Source of the DNA: Eledone cirrhosa
Taxonomy: Eukaryota
Length of the DNA: 64,000 nt
Assembly (NCBI GenBank): GCA_964016885.1
Contig: OZ024745.1
Location: forward strand, 55,180,001-55,244,000
Direction of reading: 5' to 3'
Below the pieces are notes generated by a model, which was not told where the DNA came from, did no database searches, and worked only from the letters and a program-made list of their open reading frames with translations. This document shows positions 15,889 to 29,329 of this stretch, in pieces (the stretch's first letter is position 1; the number at the start of each line of letters is the position of its first letter). A program made the translations under genes and the position numbers.

Positions 15889-16314
15889 GGCGGGTAAAAT
15901 TCCGAGTTCTCTGCAGCGCTCTGTGTCCCTCATTATCGCTGCCAAGTCCTGCGCCTCCAAAAGACCAGTGTCTTTCCTTCGGGTATCAACATATGTTAAC
16001 CTCGGTCTTCCTCATCCAGTGTGTCCATGCAAAGTGCCTTCCTGCGGTCATGGTTTTGTGACTTTAGGAAGGCCTTTGATTCTGTGGACAGTCGCTGTCT
16101 GATGAAGATCTTACAGGCTTATGGAATCCTCCAGAAAATAGTGGACCTGATATTACTGAGAACTGTACGGGAGACTCCCAAAAGTCAGCTGAAAGGTGAC
16201 ACAGAGGAGATTGAGGTTAGATGGACATGCTCACCGACATTCAAAGTTGACACTACACGCATTGATCCTGTGGGAACCCCTGCATGGATACACTGGAAGA
16301 GGAAGACCGAGGTT

Positions 16315-16320
<6 letters not shown>
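15886..16320 (+). mobile_element. Rearranged non-LTR LINE remnant (RTE-like RT fragments) with inverted 3' piece
   Basis: Plus: FCDFRKAFDSVD..LMKILQAYGI and RRLRLDGHAHRH..LILWEPLHG..GRGRPRLTY; minus 15886-16040: GRPRLTYVDTRRKDTGL. Confidence 0.7.
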
Positions 16321-16363
<43 letters not shown>

Positions 16364-16366
<3 letters not shown>

Positions 16367-16600
16367 TGGTTACACACCAGTTAGTTCACCATACCGAGAA
16401 CAATTGTTTCACCTTAGCGGATGCTCAGCTCGTAATGGCCAACGTAATGGACATCATAACCATGTCCATTACGAGCTGAGGATCCGCTAAGGTGAAACAA
16501 TTTGTGAACTAACTGTTGTGTAACCACTTCTACCTAACTCGTCCCATGGATTGAGTGCTCTACCACTGCGGATATTACCTTCCAGTGTACTACCTCTGTA
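16364..16600. mobile_element. Family G mini-palindrome (arms within 16364-16529) with HHR motifs and a one-sided tail
   Basis: cgag-CTGAG(G/C)A-tccgctaaggt-GAAA-caattg-TT-ctcg; same family as the PLE-4 3' end at 62985-63075. Confidence 0.8.
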
Positions 16601-17235
16601 TATATATAGGCGATTCTCGCTAAATCTATATTTGTATTAATCTCCCGAGCCTTACAATTAACTTTTATTTTACAAATAATTTTTATTGACAGGTTAATTG
16701 CATAAGTTTATTTTAAAAACTACCTGGTTGAGAGCTTATTCGATTTGTGCTTTTTATGCAATTTATTTCATGGTATACACATACTGAATTCATTTGCCAA
16801 AATCTGGGGTTTTCCCTTTGAAAATTCCACATGTGCTTTTACGGCCTCTGTGTTATTCACAAATTTGGTATAGAGCAAAATACCTGTTGATAACGTGATA
16901 TTCCTTGTTCGATCATTATACATAAAGCTTATAATTTTAAGTAGACAGTATTTTGATTTAGGTGTCATAGAAACCCTGCATTTGGATTTTAACATCAATT
17001 CCAATGGGTCAAGGTCTGTGTTTTTTTTATCATTTATTTTGTTTTGACCTGTTTAGCGTGATTTGCTTTTTGGCTTAGGTGGTTGATGCATTCTTGACCA
17101 CTATTTCAGTTTTGTATGGCGTCTTAACATATTGTTTAGCTCTGGTTTTTTAACTATGGTGCGCTTGCCAGCATTATTTCTGATTTTTGCGTTTCGTTTC
17201 GCCTTTTCTACCCGTCGAAATGCGATTCTCGCTAA

Positions 17236-17268
<33 letters not shown>

Positions 17269-17344
17269 ATGTAAAATCAAAAGATGGTTAAAAGAGTTCC
17301 ATGTATTTTATTATGCGCATTTCAAAAAAAAATATCATCATGGG

Positions 17345-17435
<91 letters not shown>

Positions 17436-17436
<1 letters not shown>

Positions 17437-17593
17437 TTCGAGTGTTTTTCCAGGTTTATTTTATATGTTTTGGTAATTATATAAATATATATGTGTGTAT
17501 GTATATATATATATATATATATTTATACATGCACACATATATATTTATATAATTGCCAAAAAATATAAAATAAACCCGAAAAAACACTCGAAG
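17436..17593. repeat. Imperfect inverted repeat around a short (TA)n
   Basis: cttcgagtgtttttc...aattatataaat vs atttatataatt...gaaaaaacactcgaag. Confidence 0.8.
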
Positions 17594-17952
17594 TATAATT
17601 CTACAACTATTTCAGATTGAAGATGTAATGATAAAACTGTATGATAAAGAGTAATAGGAAAATAATATAATTTTCTATTATGATTTTTTGGTATTGATTT
17701 TCCTTAATTGACTGCCAACGGATTATTTCGATTATATGTTATCGATCTGCTGTGATGTGGAACATATATGTAATATAATACATCGGGGATATTTACCTAC
17801 TTTTATCATTTCTTTGTCTGCATCTATCCAGCATTCTACGCTAGGATATATTATCATCACATTAAAAAGCCAATATGTAGATGTTATTTTGATCAACTGA
17901 TATTTATTGTAAGGCTATTGATTAAATCCTGTTTGGGTAAAAATAATTAAAT

Positions 17953-17994
<42 letters not shown>

Positions 17995-18027
17995 GCATAT
18001 ATTTATAAATATATGTATATATATACT

Positions 18028-18075
<48 letters not shown>

Positions 18076-18199
18076 CAAAAACACAGCTCGCCATTTTTCA
18101 TTCGTATATACTTTCCCCTTCACTGTAACCTGTCTTTTTCTCGTCCCTTATTGCTATCCTCTTTCTCTCTCCCCCTTCTCTCTCCTTATCCCTCTTAAT

Positions 18200-18610
18200 T
18201 TTGCTCACTCCCTCTGCTAGTCACCCTCTCACGGCTAGCCTCTTCCACACACTTTCATTCACTCACTCTCTGCTACTCACCCTCTCTCTCACTTCCTCCA
18301 TCTCCCACAACGTATGAAATTCTTTCCTCGCTCACACACGCACGGCCAAGATGTGTATTTTGCCTTCTCGTCAATATTCGCAAGTTCTTATGTTCAAAAT
18401 GAATCATTGACTTGATTTTCTCATTTTTTCCTCTCTTTACGTCGCCTCACCATTCGTTTTTGTTTACCTGTCTCTCTTTCTCTACCAACTCTTTTTATCC
18501 CAATAAATTAATTTAGTTATTGTATTGAGGTATATGGTCAATAATGCGAAGAAATACCTATGATGGCTAGTAGACCGCTGATGGCGGATAGTCGTGACTT
18601 CTATTTCTAA
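18200..18610 (+). mobile_element. Family D diverged copy
   Basis: Similarity to 60495-60890 (ttcactcactctctgct; tgaggtatatgg..gaaatacc). Confidence 0.45.
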
Positions 18611-18630
18611 TTCTTTATATATATATATAT

Positions 18631-18671
18631 AGAGAGAGTGAGAGAGAGAGAGAGAGAAGAGAGAAGAGAGA

Positions 18672-18767
<96 letters not shown>
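18631..18767. repeat. (GA)n microsatellite
   Basis: Direct reading. Confidence 0.95.
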
Positions 18768-18770
<3 letters not shown>

Positions 18771-18899
18771 AGTGGTATAGAGCAGATGAAAAAGAATAAG
18801 CGAAATATTTTTCACTAATAATAAATGCGTCACAACCAGAAATCTAAGAGAATGAGCTTACGTTTTCATGAAACGATATGGTTTGCGAAACTAAGAGAT

Positions 18900-19610
18900 T
18901 TTGAAACATTTTCTTGCTTGACATTTCCTTGAAACAGAAGCCGAGACCTCAGCAGTTTGAGTCTCTAACGAGTCTCGGACAGACCTGGGTCTACGCCCAT
19001 GTTACTCGTTTCTTGATTATGATCTTCCTTGCCGTCCTGAAGGTTCGTTACACCTTCTGTTGTACACCCTATAAAGCCAAGCATCTCTCTTCACAGACAT
19101 CTACACCTCTTTTCGAAGGGCTACTAGTGAGATATGCGAAGTCACATTTAGTGGTAATGGATGGCAACAGGCCACTTTACACCTCCAATATTGTGGCTTC
19201 GTTTTCCGGTCTCCTGTTACTCAACAAAGCAGTAGCCGGATCCCTCCTGCATCTGATAATAGCTGTTTAACTAAACAAATGACAGAAATAATAGGACACA
19301 CGATGAATGCATACAAAACAGTTTCGATGCTCTGCGTTTATCTTCATCAGGATCTGTTGACATCATCAATTCTAGAAATTATCTTTAGTGCCAAATTTCT
19401 TTGTAACAATTTGGGTAGATCGATTTCGTCGACACTCAGAATTTCTTCGAGAACGTCGTCGCACTTGCCCGCCACTTTTCATCCATAGAACGCTAGAGTG
19501 GTATTTCCATTGACCGCCATTGCCTGATTGGCAGAGGGCGATGAATGCGGACAATATTCCGGATGTAAGGCGTCCAGTCTCGGTCTTCACTTGACCCGCA
19601 ACTTCAGCTC
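18900..19610 (+). mobile_element. Highly decayed restriction-like-endonuclease non-LTR retrotransposon (CRE-like) remnant
   Basis: Broken-frame peptides AHVTRFLIMIFLAVLKVRY..CTP, GWQQATLHLQYCGFVFRS and ASSLGLHL, in the order of CRE-type motifs (WxQAxLPxxxGGLGxRS; SSLGLxL). Confidence 0.45.
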
Positions 19611-20639
19611 ATTAAAAGGAATGGAACTCCCAAAAGGCCTGCTCAAGAACGCCGGGTGGCTGGTCGAGTGATATTCTGATACAGGAGCTTGTAATAGGGC
19701 TGGAGGTCAATTCATTGCAAGACGTCGAAGGGAATGGAATGTCTAAAACGATGAAATCTTTAAACCAAAATAAGGGAGATGTATACATTCTTAGGAGTAG
19801 AAATGGCAGATGGGATGATTGTTCATAAAATATTTGAGAGTCAAAGTAGAAATGTTGGAAAGTTTGGAAAATATGTTGGAACAAAATATTTATGATAGAA
19901 ACTAATGAAAGCAATCAACACGAAGTTGAATCCAGTAGCTGCCTAAGCTATTAATATCAGATGTTCACCAGGTACTGAATTTGTGGAACTTGATATAATG
20001 GTAAGAACAGATCTTAAGTATTCCTTGAGTAGACAATCTACCGTTGAAAAAGCATTATGTGTCGGAGAAAAAGCATTATAGTCTTTACATGATGTAAAAT
20101 GGAAGTGGTGTAATGTGTTACAAAATGACATCAACATTTTTCTGCAGTTTTGAGAACCAATTAACAAAAACCTGCGCAGCAATACTGTATGTTTTAACAT
20201 TTGAATTTAAACATGACATGAGCCATGGAGGAAATTATGACAGTAAACAAACTACGGAAGTTGGGATAATTTATTTTACAAGAATATCAATTCTATAAAC
20301 ATGAAACATAGCAACTGAACATATATTGAAGATAATTTAAAACACCAAACTCTACTAAATAATGCAATATAAAGAGGTGAACACAAAGCAGTACCCCAAC
20401 TATTCGAAAAGTACAGAAAAACAAACAGAAAAAAAAGAAGGGAACATACACAGGTTATCAAATCACATGTGTAATTATTATTGCACTAGAAACATACATG
20501 TCAAACGCACACAGACAGAAATAAAACAAACGAAATACAAAAAAAGAAACTAGATAACATAAAACAACAGACACGACAAAATACGTGGTGGTTGCGATAT
20601 CAGGAGGAAAAAACACTCTCTCTATTTTGTTTTCTCACC

Positions 20640-20925
20640 CTATATATTTATTATTTTTTCCCCCATTACCTTACGTAACATTTTTTCCCGTTATTTTATT
20701 TTATATATCAGCCTCGCTTTCAATTGTTTTAGCCTTTGTTATTAAATTCATATTTTACGTCCATATTAAATAAAATTTCATTCTGATGAGCGATTTCAGA
20801 CGTCTGTGTCGAGCTCGTTTGTCTTCGTGAAAACTTTGGTAAATGGAATAATTGTCTTATGTTGTTTATTACATAACTAAATAGCTCTGTAGTTTACATG
20901 GAGCACTCTCCTACGGAATTTCTTT
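20640..20925 (+). mobile_element. Family B PLE 3' fragment with degenerate HHR (about 20776-20848)
   Basis: tttcatt-CTGATGA...GAAA-actttgg-TA-aatggaa; downstream sequence matches 47301-47400 (reverse complement) and 54283-54312. Confidence 0.6.
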
Positions 20926-21019
20926 ATATATATATATATGTTAAAATAAAAAGCATAAACAATAACGAAGTATGCAGTACAAAGTGTTAGTATTAGGTTC
21001 ACGCTTGAGAGTGCGGGTG

Positions 21020-21056
21020 GGCGACTTTTCGGGTATAAGCCCTTCATCAGGAGAAA
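21020..21056 (-). ncRNA. Minimal hammerhead ribozyme core at PLE-2 3' end
   Basis: CTGATGA-a-ggg cttata ccc-GAAA-agTC; stem I poor. Confidence 0.65.
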
Positions 21057-23002
21057 AGTGGGAAGGAAGAGTTCTTATGTCGTGAGGGGGAGTGGTGGAA
21101 AGATATTAAAAAGGGGGAGGGAATTAAGGGAAAGGAAAACAATTTAAAAGAGGGTAAAAAAATGAAAATGAAACAAGTGGTGAAAGCGTGTGAGGCGTGT
21201 GGGGTGGGGGGATGTAGGGGGAGAGGGAGACAGGGGTCCGAGCTGGGAAGGCGGAAGGTGATGTGTGTGTATGTGTGTAGGTGTAGGTGTAGGTATGTGT
21301 GTATGTGTGGATGTAAGTGTGAGAGTTTGGGGGAAAAACGAGGTTCCTTGTTCAGGTAATAGGAAAACGAGTGTGTACATGGGGTGGGGTGTAAATCAAT
21401 GTGTGTCTGTGCGTGTGGATGGAGAAGGGTCAGATAGGTGGGGGAGAGGGGCGTGCAGAGTCCGGAGACCGAGTATGTGTATTTGAGGATACGTACGTGT
21501 GTGTGTATGTTTTTGAGTGGTGTGGATACGTGGGAACCTATAGTTGCGTGTGTGCGAAAATAGCGAAAGTGTTTGTGTGTGTGTGTGTGTTCCTGAATGT
21601 TTTCCCGGTGAGTATATGGACAGGTGGTGAACAATCCGAGTATAAGAGGGTGGATGTCTAGAGCGTGTTAGCAGTGGTGTAGAATCCGTGGAATGGTAGG
21701 GCGGAGGTAGAGAGTTGTGGGGCGCACGTGAACAGGTATTGGTCAGGAAGGTCAAGGCTGGCGGTAGAAAAAGGTAGGGCGAAGGAGGCGAGAAAGAGGA
21801 GATGGCAGTAGGAGGGTGACAGATAGTGGAGTGGTAGGGATGTTAGCAGTAAGGAGGAGGCAGACGGACGGCTGGTGGGGATGGTTTGTATGTGTGTGTG
21901 GAATGTGTGTGTGTGTGCAGAGGTGCGGTGGACAGGAGATGAGGTGGGTGTGTGTGAAAGGTTGGAGGGAGATGGTGGCGGGTGTATGGGTGGGTTTGTG
22001 TGTATATTAGATGAGGTGTTAGTGGGATGTGTGTGTGAGTGGAGGGTGTTGGTAGTACGGAGGTGGAGAGTGAAAAGCTGCTGGGGACAGTATGAATGAG
22101 TGTAATGCACTGGTGTGTGTGCGCGTGTTTGGATATGAGTGTGTGTGTGTGTGTTGTAGGGTGGGTGTTAGTATTATTAGTGGTCGAAATATTAGTGGGC
22201 GTCGAATATGAGTGTGTGGGTGGGGGTCAGTGGTGGTAGTGTGGGTGTGGAGTGGGTGGTGTATCGGTGTGTACGTGGGTGGGGGTGAGTGTATGTATGC
22301 TGGTGTGCGTTCGTGTGTGTGTGTGTGTGGTGAGGGGGAAGGTGATTGGTGGATGTTTAGTATTATTAGTGTTGGGGTGGTCAGATGTAGATGTGTGGGT
22401 GGGGTTAGTGGTGATAGTAGGGTGTGTGAATAGTGTGGGTGCGTGTATATATGTACTGGTGGCTGTGTGCGTGTTGAAGGTGTGGGTGCGCGTGTGGTTT
22501 TGTTAGTATTATTAGTTGTGGGGTGGGCCAAGGGGGTGGGGGTGGCTGGAAGTGGAGGGGACGGTGAATCTTAGGAGTGTTTTAGTGCATAGATGAGGTT
22601 GGAGGAGGTGCAACGGAAGGCATGCCGGACAGAGAGAGGGTGGCCGTTGGGACCCTGGAAGGTGGTGTTGTTGGTAATGTGGGGGCAGTGTGGCAGCGGG
22701 GTCTGGAGCAGGGAAGGAAACCGGGGGGAACGGGTGTTAGGGGTAGGGAGCTGCGGGCGAGGAGGGTGCGGAGGTTGCGCACGCGTTTGAAGGATTGTAG
22801 GAATGGGGATGTGAAAATGGGGAGCGGGAGGGTTCGAACGGGAGGCGTCGGAAAAGGTGCATGGGGAAGCGGTGGGGAGGTAGTGCGGGGGTGCTATGTG
22901 AGGGGAAGGGGAGACGCGGTGTGGGTGGGGGCGTGGAGGCGTGGTGTGAGGGCGATGGATTGCGCTGGGGCGAGTGAGGGCGTCGTGGATGATGGGGGTA
23001 AC

Positions 23003-23500
23003 CTTTCCGGATGAAATGGCTGATCAAAGACAGGGCCTGAGTGTCGAAGTCAGCATCTCGGCTGCAGAGGAGTTGGGATTAAGGAATGGAGAGTGTTTGG
23101 TGTGTGTTGGGTGGGAGGAGGTGAAGTCGAGGTAGGAGTGGGAGTCGGTGGGTTTGAAGAAAGCGGAGGTGATGAGGGAGTATTGGGAGGGATCGATGGC
23201 GACGGAGATATCCAAGAAGTGGAAGTGGGTGGTGGAGATAGAGGTGGTGAATTGGAGGGACCCTCCCTCCAATTCTCCACCTCTATCTCCACCATTTCCG
23301 TCGCCATCGATCCCCCCCAATACTCCCTTATCACCTCCGCCTTCTTCAAACCCACCTCCTCTCACTCCTACCTCGACTTCACCTCCTCCCACCCAACACA
23401 CACCAAACACTCTCCATTCCTTAATCCCAACTCCTCTGCAGCCGAGATGCTGACTTCGACACTCAGGCCCTGTCTTTGATCAGCCATTTCATCCGGAAAG
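23003..23500. repeat. Fold-back inverted duplication inside the PLE-2 RT
   Basis: 23003-23260 and 23264-23500 are reverse complements with a 3-nt centre; mirrored ORF translations. Confidence 0.95.
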
Positions 23501-24657
23501 AAGCAGAAGTAGGAGAGAAAATAGTCGAGCTGTTCTCGGGTGAGGGTCGTGGCTCCGATGCAAACATAGATGTACCGACTGTTCAGTTTTGGCGTGGGGT
23601 CGGTGTATTGGGCAAATATTTTGGCCTCAAAATGACCAACGAAAAGGTTGGCATAGTTGGGGCCCATTCTTGTGCCCATTGCTACCCCAGTGACCTGCTG
23701 GTAAAATTCACCCGAGAAGGAGAAGCAGTAAAGGGTGAGAACCAGATCGGCGAGGCGGAGGACGGGAGAGGTGAAGGTCGAGGTAGTTCCGGAGGGCGTG
23801 TAGGCCGTCGGCGTGGGGGATGACGGTGTAAAGGGACATAATATCTAGGGTGAAGACCGGATGGGAAGGTGAGGGTGTCAAACAGGCGAAGGGCGTGGTT
23901 GGTTTCGAAGGTGTGGGAAGGGAGGACGGGGATGTGAGGGTCAAGGATGGAGTCGAGAAATGCGGAGATGAGTTCAGTGGGGCAGTTGCAGGTGGTGACG
24001 ATGGGGCGGCGGGAGTTGTCGGATTTGTGATCTTGGGCAGGAAGTAGATGGTGGGGGTGCTGGTGTTGCGTACGATACGGTGGAAGGTGGTGGGAGGTGG
24101 TGGGAGGGAGGAGGGAGGAGGAGATGAGGTGGAGCACACTTGTTATTGGTAGAGGGGGTGGGGTCGGAAGGTAGGGGGTGGTAGAAGAGGGGGTTACAGA
24201 ACTACCTGAGGGCTTCGGCCGTGTAGAGGTCGGCGCCCCACACCACCACGGTTTGATGACGATGTCGGCGCGGTTACGGAGGGAGCGGAGAGCGAGGAGT
24301 TCGACCCATGAGATGTTATTCCGTTTGGAGCGGTGGTGTAAGTCGAAGCGATATACTGCGCTACGCTAGGCGTCATTGAACGCTAATGCTAAAAGCCCGG
24401 GTGCCGGCGTCGGAGAAGTTGGTCGTCGGCCCAGGGTGAGAAACGGGTTTGGGGAGTTCGGAGCCGGTGGGGTGTTGTAGAAGTGTGCCTGTAGCGTGGT
24501 GCGTCGCGCAAATCCCTCGACGTCCGCTCGGGAGCGGAACTCGTCGCTCTACGGTGTGTAGCGTGTGAAGCGCAGGCCTCTACTGAGGAGCGAGCGTTCA
24601 AGTGCCGTTAGGGGGAGGTCTAGGGAACGATGACAACAAATTGGGTGTGGGGGGATA

Positions 24658-24694
<37 letters not shown>

Positions 24695-24705
24695 GTATAT
24701 ATATA

Positions 24706-24796
<91 letters not shown>

Positions 24797-25334
24797 GTAT
24801 GATGGCTGCAAACTCTGCTAAGTGTATTGCAACCGTTTGTCAGATTATGCCTTTTTGTGCACATTTATGCTACGGCCAACCACACGAACCTGTAACATAC
24901 ACTGAACAAGCAATGCCTGTTCTTTGAAGGTATTTTAAATGGAGAAAGGCATTGCACTCTACCAATTCGACTCTCCGAGCAACGAAAGCACTACTCGAAA
25001 AGGGCAACTGGTGAACAACATCGGATGCTTCCAAAGTCACAGGTTTTTTTTTCCAGAGTTTCCCTTTCCTAGAAAGGTGTGGTGAAAACAATTGGGGGCT
25101 TTTCACTCCGAGGTTAAAAAAAAGTACTATTGGATGGCAGCTGTCTCTGCTCAGCGCCTCCGCCCTTTGCCGGGCCTTGTATTTCATCCCGCAGGGTGTC
25201 CAAATATCACCCTCATTGTCGAGCAAGCTTGGTGGGGTTACCAGTTTAATCGCCGACGACCCGACCATGAGACAGGTTGTACTGGGTTACATGTTACCAG
25301 TAGCACTCGAAAGCGACGTGACATATATGTATGC

Positions 25335-25489
<155 letters not shown>

Positions 25490-25639
25490 GTGTGTGTGTG
25501 TGTTTGTGTGTGTGTGTTTGTGTGTGTATGTGTGTTTATTAAAATATATATATATATATATAGTTGTAGATGTGCAAGAGTATAATGGTATAAGAATAAA
25601 GGAACAAAGAATCAGTGTTGCATCATAACATATTTAACA

Positions 25640-25731
25640 ACATATTACATATGTTTCACTGTCGATAAGCTCAAGGAACGATCTATTATTGATCGAACCT
25701 GACTCTAGAATTGAAAGATCCTCAGACATGT
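25640..25731 (-). ncRNA. Hammerhead ribozyme candidate with long stem II region
   Basis: acatgt-CTGAGGA-(about 60 nt)-GAAA-catatg-TA-atatgt; stem I pairs and loop III is palindromic. Confidence 0.55.
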
Positions 25732-26221
25732 AAGCTCGTCTCTGATGTTGTGTGAATATCTCCGAATTCCTAGTTATATTTAACACATTCCATCAACGTG
25801 GTATTCTGCAGTCTTGTCTCATTGGTTCGTTATGAATCCTAAGATCGGTTTAGTTACAAAACAACGTCTAACCTTCACCCGGTCAAGTCGCCACGTGCAT
25901 TCATGCATGAATGACTGTCTGATTGTATTTCGCCGCCACACTTGTTTAAAGCGTTCGGTTGGCTATAATTCGTACATTGGATGCGTTGGTGTTGACAGGT
26001 AAGGGAAAGAGGAACAATTAACCACGGGTCATGAAAGACAAGACAGGTATGGACATACACTTACATATCTGGCACGCATGTCATCTCATACGAATATGCG
26101 CACATATCCACCCGCTAACACACACACACGTACACACACAAACATACAAACACATACACACAAACACACACACACGCATATATATATATATATAATGTAT
26201 AAAAATCAATACAATATAATT

Positions 26222-26293
26222 ACCTCATTACCAGAGGTTTCCCGAATGAGGCGAATACGAAAGAAACGTCTTCATTCGTTCGTCAGACGAGGC
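26222..26293 (-). ncRNA. Hammerhead ribozyme (type I)
   Basis: gcctcgt-CTGACGA-a-cgaatga...tcattcg-g-GAAA-cctctgg-TA-atgaggt. Confidence 0.75.
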
Positions 26294-27015
26294 AATATAA
26301 AACATGGGTAAATACTTGGAAAGTCTCATCAAGAAAAGCAAAAAAAAACAAAAAAGATATAGACAAATGAATTAGAACATGAAATATATAATAATCTTTC
26401 AAGAAATATAGTTAGGTGTGTGTATATGTATGTATATACGCTCACAGATGTGCATATATGTGTATGCACATATGTATACTTATAGTGAAAAAGTGTGCGT
26501 AAATATATAATTTAGGGCAAATGTATCTGTATGTCTGTAATCTACAGACAGATTAGATACATCATAAGAATATGAAGGCGCGCGCATAAACACACCTACA
26601 CACACGTACACTTAGATGCGGAAGTAAAAGAGGTAAGGGAGTGTAATAATTAAAGGAAAGTATCAATCTCGATATATTTATAAAAATGGAACAATAATTT
26701 AGAAGGAAAAAATTAAAGAAAGGAAGACAAAAAAGGTACATACATACACACACACGTATATCTCACAAAAGAAACGCAAAAATATACATGCTTATATACA
26801 CACTTACACTTACACATCCATACGTTCGATACGTACACACACACACACACACACACACATACTTACACTCACGCATATTGACCTGTTTGCATGCACACGC
26901 ATAAAAATGAGTAAGTAAAAAAAAGAGGGAGAAGAAAAAAGGAACAAAACATAAAACCTAGATGTAAAAACACGGATATAAAGACACATACACATACGCA
27001 TACATATATATATAT

Positions 27016-27123
<108 letters not shown>

Positions 27124-27546
27124 GCACGCGCGCGCACATACGTGGTCGCTCATGTACATATATAGAAAGTATACACACATTAAGGCGTTCAGCCACATTG
27201 ATACAGGGTGTAAAAAAACTTGTGGATAAGTAAGTACAAATATAAAATTGTAAGATTGGCTGCGCAAAAATAAAAAAATAAAAATAAAAATGAAAAATAT
27301 ATCTGAAGTGGAAAACACAAATGACAACTTTAATCAGTTAGTGATGGAAATAGGGAAGTAAAAAATGGAAAGTGAAAATATTAGGTAAGTGAATCGGAGA
27401 ATAAAGGGGGGGGGGGGATTATTGGTGGATGTGAAGTAAAAATAAAAATGAAAAATAAATATAAAAATAAAAATAAATGAAATTAATGATAAGGATAAAA
27501 ATGAAAGTAAGTCAGAAAGGGTAATTAAAAAGAGAATAATAAGAGT

Positions 27547-28003
27547 TTATGGAGGATAAGTATCTGAAAGTGTGTTAAGTTTATATGAGCTGGAAAGCAG
27601 GTGTGATTTTATGTGTGGGTAACTGGTGAAAATTTCCGTCTTTGTGTTCAGGCAGGTCTTTGGTGATTTTAGATTTTGCAATATCCAATATTTTTCATTT
27701 ATGCAGAGCGTGCATTTTCTTGTTCCTCTAGCATATTCTTTAGATTGGTTCAAAATTGACCAATCTAATTTATATTGGATGCCTTGGTCTTTCAAATCCC
27801 AAATTCTGCTAGCCAGAGCTGTTGTAAATCTTTTTTCTGGATGTCGAAAGGATGCGACATGTGAGTAATAACGCGTTTTGAATTTGTCTTGCGTCATACC
27901 CACATATCGTTCACTGGTGGCTGGATGGTTGTTGCTGATGGTTGTCACTTTAGCCGCATATACAATGGCTTTGGTGTTGCATTTACCTTGTAATGGGCAT
28001 TCA

Positions 28004-28005
<2 letters not shown>
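27547..28005 (-). pseudogene. PLE-6: 5'-truncated GIY-YIG endonuclease domain (PLE-3-like group)
   Basis: CPLQGKC..AIVYAAKV..RYVGMTQDKFKTRYYSH..TALASRIWDLK..LDWSIL..CTLCINEK..LNTKTE; non-coding 3' region probably runs toward the HHR at 26.2 kb. Confidence 0.88.
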
Positions 28006-28043
<38 letters not shown>

Positions 28044-29329
28044 TATATATATATATATATATATTATTCAAAATATTAACAAATGAAAGATATTCACATA
28101 ATCAAAATATATGCTTTATTATATATTTTAAAGGTACTGTGTTTTTTTTTCCGTACGTCTTCATCATATAAGATATATGATTTGATATATGACATACCGC
28201 TACGGTCTTGATTATGCAATTCCAGTATTAGCAGTGATTTATTTCATCAAATCTCAATGTTTATATACCACAAATATGTTAAACTTACCGAAGAAAAGGA
28301 CGTAGAGCAAATTAGAGATATAAGAGAGGGTGTAAATAGGAGGAAAGGCAAGACAAAATAAATAAATACATATATAAATACATACATAAATAGATAAAGA
28401 AACAGATGGGTGTAAAATAAAATAAAGAAAAATAAAGGAAACATCAAATAGAAGGGGATAGAGAAAAAAACCGTTGTTTTCAAATGCAAGATCAAATAGG
28501 ACATCCAATCAATTCAACTAAACAATTGAATATCTTTAGTATTTGATTATGCATTAGCTAATTATACTTATATATTATATTAACATTAATCATTATCGAT
28601 TATTTTCTATAGCAATCACATATATCGTTTAATTAAAAATTTATATAATTTAATTTAACTCATTATAAAGGATTATTTTTAATTTTAGGTAAGATATTCT
28701 ATAAATATTTTGTTACAACTTTACAAGCATTACATTTTAAAGTGTATTTAAATTATTATTACATATGTATTAAAATCTAATACCATACATAAATCAGCAT
28801 CAATACATATTTAGATCCTATATTACTCAGATTATTTAATTATGATATTCTCTTCATAAAATCTTCACTATTCTTTAATTTACATTTAATTTCTAGGATT
28901 AAACTGCAGTTTCATTTACTCTCAAATGTTTAATTTCATTAATTTAATGAAAGGTTATATTTACTTCTGTATCTATTTATTTTGATAAATAGTTTCATTT
29001 TAATGATAGTCTGTATATTATTAGTCTACATATTTCAAAACTAATATAATTCAGCAAGCCAGTAGAACAATGTAAACAAAAGGAAGATAACTCATTCACC
29101 ATTTACAAACATTTCTAACGATATTTTGAAAACCATAAATCATCTATTGCAAATATTATAAAATATGTCTAGTTAAATATTCAACTATCCTAATCAAAAC
29201 ATAGGATAACGAGACTCGTAATGAAATAATTCTAATACATATAAATACCAATAAATTATTACCACAATAAGGCAAAAGCATATATATATTAAATTATTAA
29301 TTGTCAATATTTTTTCGAAACTTGTACAA

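Larger units (their letters stand above)
20990..24655 (-). mobile_element. PLE-2: decayed Penelope-like element (Neptune-like), C-rich sense strand
   Basis: [12 protein letters not shown]; ALRSLRNRADIVIKP; YFLPKI..RPIV..C.CPTELISAFLD; FTLDIMSLYTVIPH.DGL; MGTRMGPNYANLFVG; FLDISV; KPTDSHSYLDFTSSHP; CSRPRCHT-CPH; FRCTSSNLIYA; many frameshifts and stops. Confidence 0.9.

Noticed and set aside
21047-22531. His/Thr/Pro-rich and Val/Gly-rich ORFs, possible GIY-YIG remainder
   Set aside because: Low-complexity composition; no convincing catalytic motifs
24830-25320. GC-richer segment with 120-180 aa ORFs
   Set aside because: No recognisable domain; probably an unclassified repeat
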